NCBI GenBank assembly: GCA_963830725.1
Contig: CAWHNO010000016.1
Location: forward strand, 888,249 to 952,248
DNA from: an uncultured Solirubrobacteraceae bacterium
Lineage (GTDB): Bacteria > Actinomycetota > Thermoleophilia > Solirubrobacterales > Solirubrobacteraceae
Direction: 5' to 3'
DNA: 64,000 nt
The translations under genes were made by a program, and so were the position numbers. Numbering within the stretch: position 1 is the stretch's first letter; every line of letters begins with the position of its first letter. Of the stretch, positions 49,072-57,882 are shown in pieces. A model generated the notes under the pieces. That model did no database searches, was not told the origin of the DNA, and saw only the letters and a list, made by a program, of their open reading frames with translations.

Positions 49072-50636
49072 GTGCGTGCCTCCGGCGCGGTCACGACGTC
49101 CTCGGGCGCGGCCTCGTGGCGGAGCAGCGCCGCCCCTTCCTCGGGCAGCAGCGCGCCGCCGGCGCCGCCCAGCACGCGCGCGGTCTGGGTGGCGAAGTAC
49201 CAGCCGCCGCCCAGCACCTCGGCGGTGGCGGCGTCGGCGACCGGGCGCCCGTCGCCGAGCAGCACGGTCCGGCCGGCCCAGCGGGCGGCGAACTCGGCGT
49301 CGTGGGTGGCGACCAGGACCGCGATCCCGGCCTGCGCCAGCTCGCGCAGGCGGGCGGCGAGACGCGTGCCGTGCCCGCGGTCCATGCCGCGCGTCGGCTC
49401 GTCGAGGCAGACGGCGACCGGCGGCTCGCCGGTCGCCAGCACCAGCTCGAGCGCGAGGCGCTGGCGCTCGCCGCCGGACACGTCGCGCGGATGGCGGTCG
49501 GCGAGCGCGCCGGCTCCGGGCACGTCGTCGCCGATCCGGTCGTGAAGGAAGTAGTCGCCGGGGTTCTGCAGCAGCAGTGCCACCCGTCCCGCCCGGGTCA
49601 CGCGCCCGCGGGTCGGCTCGATCAGCCCGGCCAGCAGCCGCAGCAGCGTCGACTTGCCGGCGCCGTTGCGGCCCATCAGCGCGACGGTCTCGCCTGCCGC
49701 CAGCGCGAGGTCGACGCCGCGCACGATCGCCGGCCCGTCGGCGATCTCGTACCAGCCCCGTCGCAGCGCCACGACGGCCTCGCGCCGCGGAAGGGGGTCT
49801 GTCCCGATTTCGCCGGGCAGCGCTGGGAGCCGGGAGCCCAGCGCGCGCCGCGCCGCCTTGACGGTGGCAGGCCGTTCGGGGATGCCGACGAGCGCGCACA
49901 GGCGGGTCACCGGCGGCTGCAGCTCGGGCGGCGCCCAGGCCGCGAACGCCTCCGGCGTGCCGTCGAACGCCACGGCGCCGTCCTCGAGCGCAACGACGCG
50001 GTCGGCCGCCGGCAGGCAGCGCTCGAGCCGGTGCTCGGCGAGCAGAACGGCGGTGCCCCACTCCTCGTTGACGCGCCGCAGCACGCCGAGCAGCTCGTCG
50101 CCCGCCACCGGGTCGAGCTGCGAGGTCGGCTCGTCGAGCAGCAGCAGCCGCGGGCGGCCGGCGAGCGCGGCACCCAGCGCCACGCGCTGCAGCTCGCCGC
50201 CCGAGAGGTCGCGCGTCGAGCGGTCGAGCAGCGGCGCGATGCCGAGCGCGAGCGCCGCCTCCTCCACGCCGCGCGCCACCGCGGCCGCGCTCCAGCCGCG
50301 GTTCTCGAGCGGGAACGCGAGCTCGGACCGCACGCTTCCCATCACCACCTGCGTCTCCGGGTCCTGGACCAGCGTGCCCGCGACCGCGGCGAGCGCGGCC
50401 GGCCCGTGCTCGCGCGTGTCGAGCCCGCAGCACGCCAGGCGGCCGGCGAAGCTGCCGCCGTGGAAGTGCGGAACGAGCCCGGCGGCGGCGCGCAGCAGCG
50501 TCGACTTGCCGGACCCCGAGCCGCCGGCCACGACCACGAACTCGCCCGGCTCGACCGCCAGCGTCACATCGCGCAGCGACGGCGCGGCGGCGCCCGGATA
50601 CGCGTACGTGACGTGCTCGAGCGCGAGCGCTCTCAC
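49068..50636 (-). CDS. ecfA: Duplicated ECF/ABC ATPase (EcfA1-EcfA2 fusion)
   Basis: Two cassettes with Walker A (GGSGSGKST and GRNGAGKST), signature motifs (LSGGELQR and VSGGERQR) and Walker B (LLLLDEPT and VCLDEPT). 522 aa. Confidence 0.9.
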   Translation of the reverse strand: MRALALEHVTYAYPGAAAPSLRDVTLAVEPGEFVVVAGGSGSGKSTLLRAAAGLVPHFHGGSFAGRLACCGLDTREHGPAALAAVAGTLVQDPETQVVMGSVRSELAFPLENRGWSAAAVARGVEEAALALGIAPLLDRSTRDLSGGELQRVALGAALAGRPRLLLLDEPTSQLDPVAGDELLGVLRRVNEEWGTAVLLAEHRLERCLPAADRVVALEDGAVAFDGTPEAFAAWAPPELQPPVTRLCALVGIPERPATVKAARRALGSRLPALPGEIGTDPLPRREAVVALRRGWYEIADGPAIVRGVDLALAAGETVALMGRNGAGKSTLLRLLAGLIEPTRGRVTRAGRVALLLQNPGDYFLHDRIGDDVPGAGALADRHPRDVSGGERQRLALELVLATGEPPVAVCLDEPTRGMDRGHGTRLAARLRELAQAGIAVLVATHDAEFAARWAGRTVLLGDGRPVADAATAEVLGGGWYFATQTARVLGGAGGALLPEEGAALLRHEAAPEDVVTAPEART

Positions 50637-51487
50637 TCGATCCCCCGGCGGTCGGCGAACGGCGCCAGCGCGCACGCGGCGAGCGCGGCGGCCGCCGCGA
50701 GCAGCTGCCCGCCGAACGGCAGCACGACGCTCGGGTACGCCTCGAACCCCTCCCAGCCGCCGACGCCGGAGGCGATGGCCAGCGCGGCGACGGCGGCCGC
50801 CGAGGCGGCGAACGCCAGGTCGTGGCGGGAGAGCGGCCGGCGGCGCCGCTGCGGGCGACCGCCGGCGCCGAAGCCGCGCACCTCGAGCGTGGCCGCCACG
50901 TCGGTGGCGCGGTCGAGCGCACCGGCGGTGACGGCGCGCAGCACGTGCACGCGCATGGCCGCGGTCGGCGGGCCGCCGGTGAGCGCGCGCTGGGCGTCGG
51001 CGAGGCGCCGGCCGTCGCGCGCCAGCACCGGGATCAGGTGGGTGGCGAGCGCGGCCGTGACGCCGGCCCGCAGCGAGCCGCGGCGCAGCCCGCGCAGCAG
51101 CTCGTCGGCGTCGACCGTGGCGGCCAGCAGCGCGGCCGCCGCGATGATGACGATGGCCCGCAGGCCGAGCACAGCTCCGTAGGCAAGCGCCTCCGCCGTG
51201 ACGTCGAGCCGGCCGAGGCCGGGCACCGTCCCGCCGCGGAACAGCACGGTCAGGCCGTCGCGGACGACGATCGCGTTGACCGCCGCGATGACCACCGCGA
51301 ACGGCAGTGACCAGCGCAGGGTGCGTGCCGCGGCAGGCCACACGCCCGCCGCCGCGGCGGCGGCCAGCGTCGCCGCCAGCAGCGTGCCCAGCAGCAACGG
51401 GTGCTCGAACGACAGGGCGGCGGCGCCGAGCACGAGGCACCAGGTGGCGGCGATACCGGCGCGGGCGGCGTGCAGCGGGCTGGTCAC
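50633..51487 (-). CDS. ecfT: ECF transporter transmembrane (T) component, CbiQ family
   Basis: 284 aa multi-TM protein. The ARDGRRLADAQRA...TLEVRGF coupling-helix motifs are typical of EcfT/CbiQ. Confidence 0.85.
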   Translation of the reverse strand: MTSPLHAARAGIAATWCLVLGAAALSFEHPLLLGTLLAATLAAAAAAGVWPAAARTLRWSLPFAVVIAAVNAIVVRDGLTVLFRGGTVPGLGRLDVTAEALAYGAVLGLRAIVIIAAAALLAATVDADELLRGLRRGSLRAGVTAALATHLIPVLARDGRRLADAQRALTGGPPTAAMRVHVLRAVTAGALDRATDVAATLEVRGFGAGGRPQRRRRPLSRHDLAFAASAAAVAALAIASGVGGWEGFEAYPSVVLPFGGQLLAAAAALAACALAPFADRRGIE

Positions 51488-52402
51488 GGCTCCGCCACCG
51501 GCAGCGGCACGTCGGTGCCGGCCTCGACCGCCACCGCGAAGTGCTGCTCCAGCCGCTCCTCGGTCAGCGCGGCGGCCGCGGCGGCCACGCCGACCTGGTC
51601 GGTCCCGGTGACGATCCACGTCGGTCCCTGGCCTTCGAAGCCGGTCGCGGCGACGAGCCCGCCGCCGGCGCGCAGCGTCCGCGCGGGCCGGCCCTCGGCG
51701 TCGAGCAGCGCGATCGCATCGCCGCTGCTCGCCGGCTGGGCGAACACGCCGCTGGCGGCCGGCCCGCGCTCGAGCCGGCGCACGACGCTGTCGCCGCGCG
51801 CGGCCGACCACGGACCGACGATCACCCGCAGCACGCCCTCGCCCGGCGACTGGTGGATGACCGAGCGCGAGACGGCCGTCACGCCCGCGTCCTCGAGCCG
51901 CTCGGTGACCTCGTCGCACGAGCGCTCCGCGCCGCCCACGCACACGAGCTTGACCGGGAAGCGCTTGCCTTCGAGCCCGGTCACGAACGGCTCCGGGAAC
52001 GAGCCGACGACCGCGGGGATCCGCTGCGCCGCCTCCCACTGGTGGTGGTCCCACCAGACGCGCTCGCCGGCGGTGACGCGCCGCTCGGCCGCCCCGACCG
52101 ACGCCTCGATCCCGTTGACGTAGTAGAACCAGTCGGCCCGGCGGCCGTCCTCGCGGCCGCCGGCCAGGCCATCGATCTCCTGGACGAAGCCGCCGCCGTA
52201 GCGGGTCTGGACGTCGTAGGACTGCCTGCAGCAGGCGCATGACGGTGTCGCCGTCGGAGGCGGTCTGGGAGTCGACGCCCTCGTGCAGGGCCTCGGTGCC
52301 GAAGTCGCGCGTGACGGTCAGCGTGACGTCGCCGCGCGTGGCGCCCTCCCCGAAGCCGCAGCCGGCCAGGAGCAGGCAGGCGAGGAGGGCGAGCCGCTTC
52401 AT
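51484..52402 (-). pseudogene. Lipoprotein with a DUF4430 (transcobalamin-like C-terminal) domain, with one frame shift near 52222
   Basis: Lipobox MKRLALLACLLLAGCG. DUF4430 core RYGGGFVQEIDGLAGG...DWFYYVNGIEASVGAAERRVTAGERVWW. Confidence 0.65.
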
Positions 52403-53092
52403 CGCACGGTCACCTCGCGCGGGAAGGCGCGCACGAGACCGTCCTTGGAGGCCTCGAGCCAGCGGCCGTCGATCACCGTGAGAAGGGCGACCCCGTCGGC
52501 GCCGGAGACCGCGGTCGCCGAGCCGAGCGTCACGGTGGCGCCGGCGACCGCGACGCCCCGGCCCTGGTCGTCGTAGCCGCGCACGGTCACGCGCAGCGTC
52601 TCACCGGGCGCTGCGGCCGCGCGGTCCGGCTGCGCCTCGAGCGTGCGCTGGCAGCCGCCGGACGGCTCCTGCTCGCACCAGAACCACGTCACGCGCTCGC
52701 CCTGGCGCAGCCGGCGGCCGCCCGTGTCGGCGGCGCCCGTGCTGCCGGCGCGGCGGCCGACCTTGTAGACCCAGCCGCCGCGGCCCCTCTCGCGCTCGCC
52801 CGCGACCTTGCTCACGTACAGCCCGGCGGCGTCGCGCGGGCGCCGGCCGCAGCTGCCGTAGTCGCGGACGGCGAGCGGCAGGCGCGTGGCGACGAGCACG
52901 GACAGCGGCGTGCGCGCGCCGACGCGGCAGCGCCGGCCCGCCGACCTTGACGGTGCGCACCTTGAGCCGTACCTCGGCCGGCGCGCGCAGCACGCGCTCC
53001 TTGCCGACGACCATGACCTCGGCGGTGGCCGCGGCGGCCGGGGCCGGCGCGGCGACCAGGAGGGCCGCGGCGATCGTCGCCAGCCGCCTCAT
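52399..53092 (-). pseudogene. Secreted DUF4430-like + Ig-like domain protein, with one frame shift near 52935
   Basis: Signal peptide MRRLATIAAALLVAAPAPAAAA. Core GLYVSKVAG...GGWVYKVGRRAGSTGAAD...LRQGERVTWFWC, followed by ETLRVTVRGYDDQGRGVAVAGATVTLG. Confidence 0.5.
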
Positions 53093-54205
53093 CGGACGCG
53101 GAACGCCACCCGCCGCTCGCTCGCCGCTGTTGAACGCGTTGTCGACCGCGTAGACGTCGAGCACGTAGCGGCCGCGCGGCAGCCGCGCCGGCAGCAGGTA
53201 GCTCCAGCTCGGTCCGCTCGCCGACCTTGAACGCGTACTTCTTGCCGCACGTCGCGCTTGAGGAACCGCTCCTTGCTGCCGGAGAAGTACCAGCACGTGC
53301 CTCGGAGCCGGCGCGTGAGGCGGATCTTCACGGCCCACAGGCCGGACGGGTCGGCCGACACCGTGCCGCGCAGCTCGCGCGGCGCGCGGCGGCGGGTGAA
53401 GCGCTGGCCGTCGCGGATGCCGAGGATCGTGGCCGGTCGGAGCCGTGGTGTCGGGCGCTGACGGCGGGATGCGACGTCGCCGCACGGCGCCGTCGCGCGC
53501 CGTCGGTCACGCGGTCTGCCCGGTCGCGTGGCCGTGATGGCGATCGGCCGGGCTTCGGTGCGCGTCAACGTGCGCGTGGCCGTCGCCGGCGAGTGATCGC
53601 GCGACGCCGAGCCGGCGACGCACGGTCGGCGCCGGCCGCAGACGGTGCGCACGGCCGCACGGCGACGTTCGCGCCCGGCCGGTACTCGCGACGGTCACGG
53701 CTCGAGCGCGCTCACCGCGACGCGGCCGTCGAGCCGGCGACGCCCTCGCGGGCGACGCGGGAGGCGCAGCGGCAGCGTCGCACGGCCGGCGCCGCGAAGC
53801 AGTCGGACGAGCAGCAGCACATCGTCGCCGCTCGTTGAGCGTCGTCGTTGCAGACGCCGGTGCCGACTTGTAGCGCTGCCGCGAGTCGACCCACTCGGCC
53901 CAGTACCGGGCTCGCGAACGGGTCGTGCGTCTCGCCGACGGATCGGTCGCGGTGAAGGCCGCCCGGTCCCAATCGCGCGCCGGTCGCGCGGCTCGAGCGC
54001 GTCCGCCGCGGTGGTGCGCGTCGCATGCATGGCCGGGCCTGCCGTGACATCGGGACGCGCGACGTCGTGGTCACCGCCTCGAGCAAGGTCGCCGCGGTCC
54101 CTCCACCCGGACGGTCACGGTTGGCCGCGGCGAATGCAGGCGCCGCCGTCACCAGCAGCGACGAGCGACGAGGCCGGCGAGGCCGGCGGGAAATCGGAGC
54201 TTCAT
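53089..54205 (-). pseudogene. First gene of the riboswitch operon: secreted protein, heavily frameshifted
   Basis: Starts MKLRFPAGLAGLV 35 nt after the riboswitch. The readable islands are TAATLLEAVTTTS, LRGTVSADPSGLWAVKIRLTRRLRGTCWYFSGSKERFLKR and SWSYLLPARLPRGRYVLDVYAVDNAFN. At least 4 frame changes. Confidence 0.4.
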
Positions 54206-54239
54206 CGGTGGAGCCACCCCTTTCCGCGAGGGCGAATCG

Positions 54240-54415
54240 GCTTGCGGTCGGAGGGAGGTCTCCTGGCTCCCGGGCCTACCCTCCGCGCCTTCCCGGCTCG
54301 CGCTGCGAGACAGTGGCTGCGGCCTACGGCCGCGTGCGGACGGCTTCCCCGGTGACAGTGGCGGGTCCGCGCCGGATTCGCACCGGCTTCCCTGTCCACC
54401 GACCTGGTCGGGCCT
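54240..54415 (-). promoter_or_regulatory. Cobalamin (AdoCbl) riboswitch
   Basis: Minus strand reads GGTCGGTGGACAGGGAAGCCGGTGCGAATCCGGCGCGGACCCGCCACTGTCACCGGGGAAGC...GCAGCCACTGTC...CCGGGAAGGCGCGG...GGGAGCCAGGAGACCTCCCTCCGACC. This contains the conserved core and the B12 box. Confidence 0.88.
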
Positions 54416-54438
54416 CATGCTATACCCCGGACCGGCCC

Positions 54439-55002
54439 GTGACCGTCAACCTCACCCGCATCTACACCCGGCTCGGCGACGGCGGCGAGACCCACCTCGG
54501 CGACATGAGCCGCGTGCCGAAGACGCACGTGCGGATCGAGGCCTACGGCACCGTCGACGAGCTCAACGCGCAGCTCGGCGTGGCGCGCGCGATGGACGCT
54601 GCGCCCGAGCGCTTCGCCGGCTGGCTGGCGCGGATCCAGAACGACCTGTTCGACGTCGGGGCCGACATCTCCGTGCCCCACGGCGGCGACCGCGAGCGGC
54701 TGCGCCTGGTGCCGGAGCAGACGGCCTGGCTCGAGCAGGCGTGCGACGAGGTCAACGGCGAGCTGCCGAACCTGAAGTCGTTCGTGCTGCCCGGCGGGAC
54801 CGCGGTGGCGGCGCAGCTGCACGTCTGCCGGACCGTCTGCCGGCGGGCCGAGCGGCGGACGATCGCGTGCGGCGACGACGTCAACGCCGAGTGCGTGCGC
54901 TACCTCAACCGCCTCTCCGACCTGCTGTTCATCCTCTCGCGCGCCGCCAACGTGGCGGCAGGCGCCGGCGAGCCGCTGTGGGAACCGGGCCGCTACCGGT
55001 GA
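54439..55002 (+). CDS. pduO: PduO-type ATP:cob(I)alamin adenosyltransferase
   Basis: TRIYTRLGDGGETHLGD...VDELNAQLG...IQNDLFDVGADI...LPGGT...HVCRTVCRRAER. 187 aa from the GTG at 54439. Confidence 0.9.
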   Translation: MTVNLTRIYTRLGDGGETHLGDMSRVPKTHVRIEAYGTVDELNAQLGVARAMDAAPERFAGWLARIQNDLFDVGADISVPHGGDRERLRLVPEQTAWLEQACDEVNGELPNLKSFVLPGGTAVAAQLHVCRTVCRRAERRTIACGDDVNAECVRYLNRLSDLLFILSRAANVAAGAGEPLWEPGRYR

Positions 55003-55598
55003 CGAGCGCGGGGTTGTTCCCGGCCGAGCACCGCGCGCTGCGCGAGCTGCACGCGATGGTTCGCCAGCTCTGCGGGCATTGGGCGAGGCTGGCCGCGCGA
55101 CTCGGCGGCGAGCCGGGCGCTGTGCTCGGGCGCGGAGCCGCCGACGCGCAGGAGCTGCTCGCCGAGATCAACGAGCGCGCCGCGGCCCACGGCGTGCACG
55201 GGTTCCCGGCGGCGGAGGGGGTCGGCGGCGGGCTGGCGGGCGCGCACGGGATCGGCGACCTGATGCTCGAGCGCAACCAGGCCCTGCGCAGCGCGGTGCA
55301 CGACATCCAGCACGTGACGATGCTGCTCGGCTACCTTGCCGAGCTGGCGAAGCTGCGCGACGACACGTCGTCCACGGGCTGGCTCGGCGGCTGGGAGGCG
55401 CGCCTGCGGGCGGTCGAGGCCGAGGCGCGCGAGGCCGCGGTGGCCGAGGGCCGCCACCCGGAGCGGGCGATCGAGCCGGCCGGCCCGGGCAAGCTCGGCC
55501 GCGCCGGCCACGCCGTGGCCAACGGGCTCGGCACGCTCGGCGAGGCGGTCGACACCTCGGTCGTGGGACGGGCCGCGCGCAAGCTGCGACGCGACTAG
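54999..55598 (+). CDS. Hypothetical helical protein (199 aa) translationally coupled to pduO
   Basis: GTG in a GTGA overlap with the pduO stop. The composition is coding-like (LFPAEHRALRELHAMVRQLCGHWARLAARLG...). No motif recognised. Confidence 0.55.
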   Translation: MTSAGLFPAEHRALRELHAMVRQLCGHWARLAARLGGEPGAVLGRGAADAQELLAEINERAAAHGVHGFPAAEGVGGGLAGAHGIGDLMLERNQALRSAVHDIQHVTMLLGYLAELAKLRDDTSSTGWLGGWEARLRAVEAEAREAAVAEGRHPERAIEPAGPGKLGRAGHAVANGLGTLGEAVDTSVVGRAARKLRRD

Positions 55599-56009
55599 CG
55601 GAACGCGGCGCAGCCGCAAGCGGACGTCGCGCACCTCGGGCGGCACCGACATCAGCTGCCAGCCGCGGGCCGACAGGGCGTAGATCTCGCCGTTCTCCCG
55701 CAGCAGGACGAGTGTGCCCTCCGGCGTGGTGGCGAGCGGCGCGTCGCTCAGCGGCCAGTCGCCGTACTCGGGCAGATGCGCGATCGCCCGGCGCACGTCG
55801 CGATGGCGGACGCCACGGCGCAGCAGCTCGTTGACGATCACAGCCTCGGCGACGTCCTCGACCGAGTAGACGTGCGGATCGCCGTCGGACTGCGAGGCGC
55901 GGATGTACCGCCGGCGCGCCCACTGGCCGATCGTGTTGCCCGACACGCCGGCGAGCTCACCGACCTCGCCGGCGGTGAAGTGCCCGTGGAGCTTTGGCGT
56001 CGTGGCCAC
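55599..56009 (-). CDS. MerR/excisionase-like HTH protein (3' end uncertain)
   Basis: N-terminal HTH FTAGEVGELAGVSGNTIGQWARRRYI. Beyond ~137 aa the ORF runs antisense through the neighbouring gene without a stop, so a lost stop or an indel is suspected. Confidence 0.55.
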
Positions 56010-56096
56010 GAGAAAGATATGCCCGGCCCGGGCCTGCTTGGCAAGCCCGGGCCGGATTCATGCGGTGCGGGTCGGTAGCGCCGGCAGCCGGACTGC

Positions 56097-56513
56097 TCAG
56101 CCGCCGGTGACCTCGACGTACCGCAAGCTCACTCGCCCGATGCCGATCCAGTCGCCGTCGTTGAGCGCGGCCTCGCCGACGCGCTGCCCGTTGACGTAGA
56201 TGCCGTTCAGGCTCCGGTCGTCGAGCAGCACGGCGCGGCCGCCGCGGTGCGCCACCACGGCGTGGCGGCGCGACACCGATGGATCGTCGAGCAGGATGTC
56301 GGCGGCGGGGCTGCGCCCGATGTGCAGGCTCTGCCCCTCGCGCTCGCCGAGCGCGAACAACACGAGCTCCCCGCGTTCCTCGGTGGCGAGGTAGCGGCCG
56401 GGAGCGGGTCGCGGCGGCGCGGCGGCGACCTTCGGGCCGTCCGAGATGCGCGGGAGCGGGCCGGTTTCCTGCGTCGGAGCCTCGGAGCGGAGAGCGGCGA
56501 GGGCGTCGGTCAT
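56097..56513 (-). CDS. FHA domain protein (GarA/OdhI-like small FHA regulator)
   Basis: 138 aa; the C-terminal FHA core is LHIGRSPAADILLDDPSVSRRHAVVAHRGGRAVLLDDRSLNGIYVNGQRV; the N-terminal tail is disordered and contains Thr. Confidence 0.8.
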   Translation of the reverse strand: MTDALAALRSEAPTQETGPLPRISDGPKVAAAPPRPAPGRYLATEERGELVLFALGEREGQSLHIGRSPAADILLDDPSVSRRHAVVAHRGGRAVLLDDRSLNGIYVNGQRVGEAALNDGDWIGIGRVSLRYVEVTGG

Positions 56514-56871
56514 GCTCGGGATGCTCTTGCTCGATTCCAAGCGGGGGATAAATGTCCCGCGCCACGAATCGAAGAGTTGTGCGCAGGCTGACGAAAACAC
56601 GCCGCGCCCGCCGCCGCCCGCGCTATCCGGGGCGGTAGCCGCGGGCCTCGGCCGCCCTCGGGCAGCAGGACGAGCGCGACGGTCGAGGCGAGGGCCAGCA
56701 GCGCGGCGAGCCTCGTGTGGGTTGTCGCGATGAGGTGGAGCCTGGTCACGGCCTGATACATCGGGTCCTCCTTCGGTTGGGCTTGTCACCCGACCGTATG
56801 GCGACCGGTCCGGGGAGCCACCCACCCTGGGTATCAAACGGACCATCCCGGCGCGAGCAACGACCAGAGAA

Positions 56872-56896
56872 CGAGAAAACCCTGCGATCCGCAGGG
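56872..56896 (-). terminator. Intrinsic terminator after tRNA-Glu
   Basis: Minus strand reads CCCTGCG-GAT-CGCAGGG followed by TTTTCTC. Confidence 0.6.
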
Positions 56897-56906
56897 CTTC
56901 CGGGAG

Positions 56907-56979
56907 TACCGCTACGGGGATTCGAACCCCGGTTTCCGCCGTGAGAGGGCGGCGTCCTAGTCCCCTAGACGATAGCGGC
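56907..56979 (-). tRNA. tRNA-Glu (anticodon CUC)
   Basis: GCCGCTATCGTCTAGGGGACTAGGACGCCGCCCTCTCACGGCGGAAACCGGGGTTCGAATCCCCGTAGCGGTA folds as a cloverleaf with anticodon loop CTCTCAC and T-loop GGTTCGAATCC. No CCA is encoded. Confidence 0.9.
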
Positions 56980-57034
56980 AGGCGACCGTGTCGCCGGGGC
57001 AGTTTAGCGAGCACTCGAGGCACTCTCAGGGCGG

Positions 57035-57814
57035 TCACGCCTTCGGCCCGATGAAGTCGTCGAGCCGCGCCACATCGCGCTTCTTCGACACGTACACGGT
57101 CCGCGGCGCGGCCGTCCAATGGACACCGATCGCCTCGCACGCCTCGCAGAAGATCGCTCGGATGTCGTTCGCGACGTTGCTGAAGGAATAGCGCGGGTGC
57201 CGCCAGTTCGTCCCGGTGTTGATGAAGCGGCACCCGTCGGAGTGGATGAGGCCGCGGAGCAGCGACTCGGGGTGAGCCTGGAGCAGCTCCCGCTGCCAGT
57301 CGGCGAGGACGATCGGGCGCTCGTGCTTGCGACCGGACCCGTGCTGGGGGAACAGACACGGCCAGCCCCGCCAGTACGCCGACAGCTCCACGTTCGAGCC
57401 CTGCGCACTGTTCGCGTAGCCGCCGGAACGGGCGAGGCGAGCGACCTTGCTCCCGGGGCGCAGCTTGCGGATCGCGGCCTCGCACTCCTCGATGATCCGT
57501 GGATAGCGCGCGTCGAGGAAGAGCCTCAGCCGGTAGACGCCGCGCCGGTGCGCGGAGATGCAGCCGTCGCCGAGGTAGATGCCCAGGAGGTACATGTACT
57601 CGGCCGGCAGCGCGCCGAAGTGATGTGCTCCGCCGCCGCACGCCGGGCATTCGCCGCCGGCACTGCTTCGCGGAAGCGCGCCGCGCAGCCAGCCTCGCAC
57701 CGTCGATCGCGGGAGTCCGGTGAGCCCGGCCACCTCCGTCGCCGTGCGCCCGGTTTCGGCAAGTGCAAGCGCCTGAGCTATGCGGTCGGCTCCGTGCATC
57801 GAGATCGAACACAT
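57035..57814 (-). CDS. Free-standing HTH + double-LAGLIDADG (homing-endonuclease-fold) protein
   Basis: N-terminal HTH (TATEVAGLTGLPRSTVRGWL), CPACGG...H, then two LAGLIDADG-type motifs: YLLGIYLGDGCI and LLRGLIHSDGC. 259 aa (alternative start at M6). Confidence 0.7.
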   Translation of the reverse strand: MCSISMHGADRIAQALALAETGRTATEVAGLTGLPRSTVRGWLRGALPRSSAGGECPACGGGAHHFGALPAEYMYLLGIYLGDGCISAHRRGVYRLRLFLDARYPRIIEECEAAIRKLRPGSKVARLARSGGYANSAQGSNVELSAYWRGWPCLFPQHGSGRKHERPIVLADWQRELLQAHPESLLRGLIHSDGCRFINTGTNWRHPRYSFSNVANDIRAIFCEACEAIGVHWTAAPRTVYVSKKRDVARLDDFIGPKA

Positions 57815-57882
57815 GTTCCCATGCAGGCCGGACGGAAGCGCGGGCCCAGGCGCGGCAATCGCGCTAGATTGGACGGGCCGCT

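Noticed and set aside
54149-54418. Track ORFs 54149..54418 and 54202..54399 (minus strand).
   Set aside because: They coincide with the cobalamin riboswitch. Their conservation-like appearance is explained by RNA structure, not by a protein.
56510-56761. 83-aa ORF overlapping the FHA gene start by ATGA.
   Set aside because: Only the first ~35 codons (one TM-like stretch) have GC3-rich codons. The remainder (tgt ttt cgt cag cct ... cat tta tcc) has non-coding composition and looks like the promoter/5'UTR of the FHA gene. A short membrane peptide cannot be excluded.
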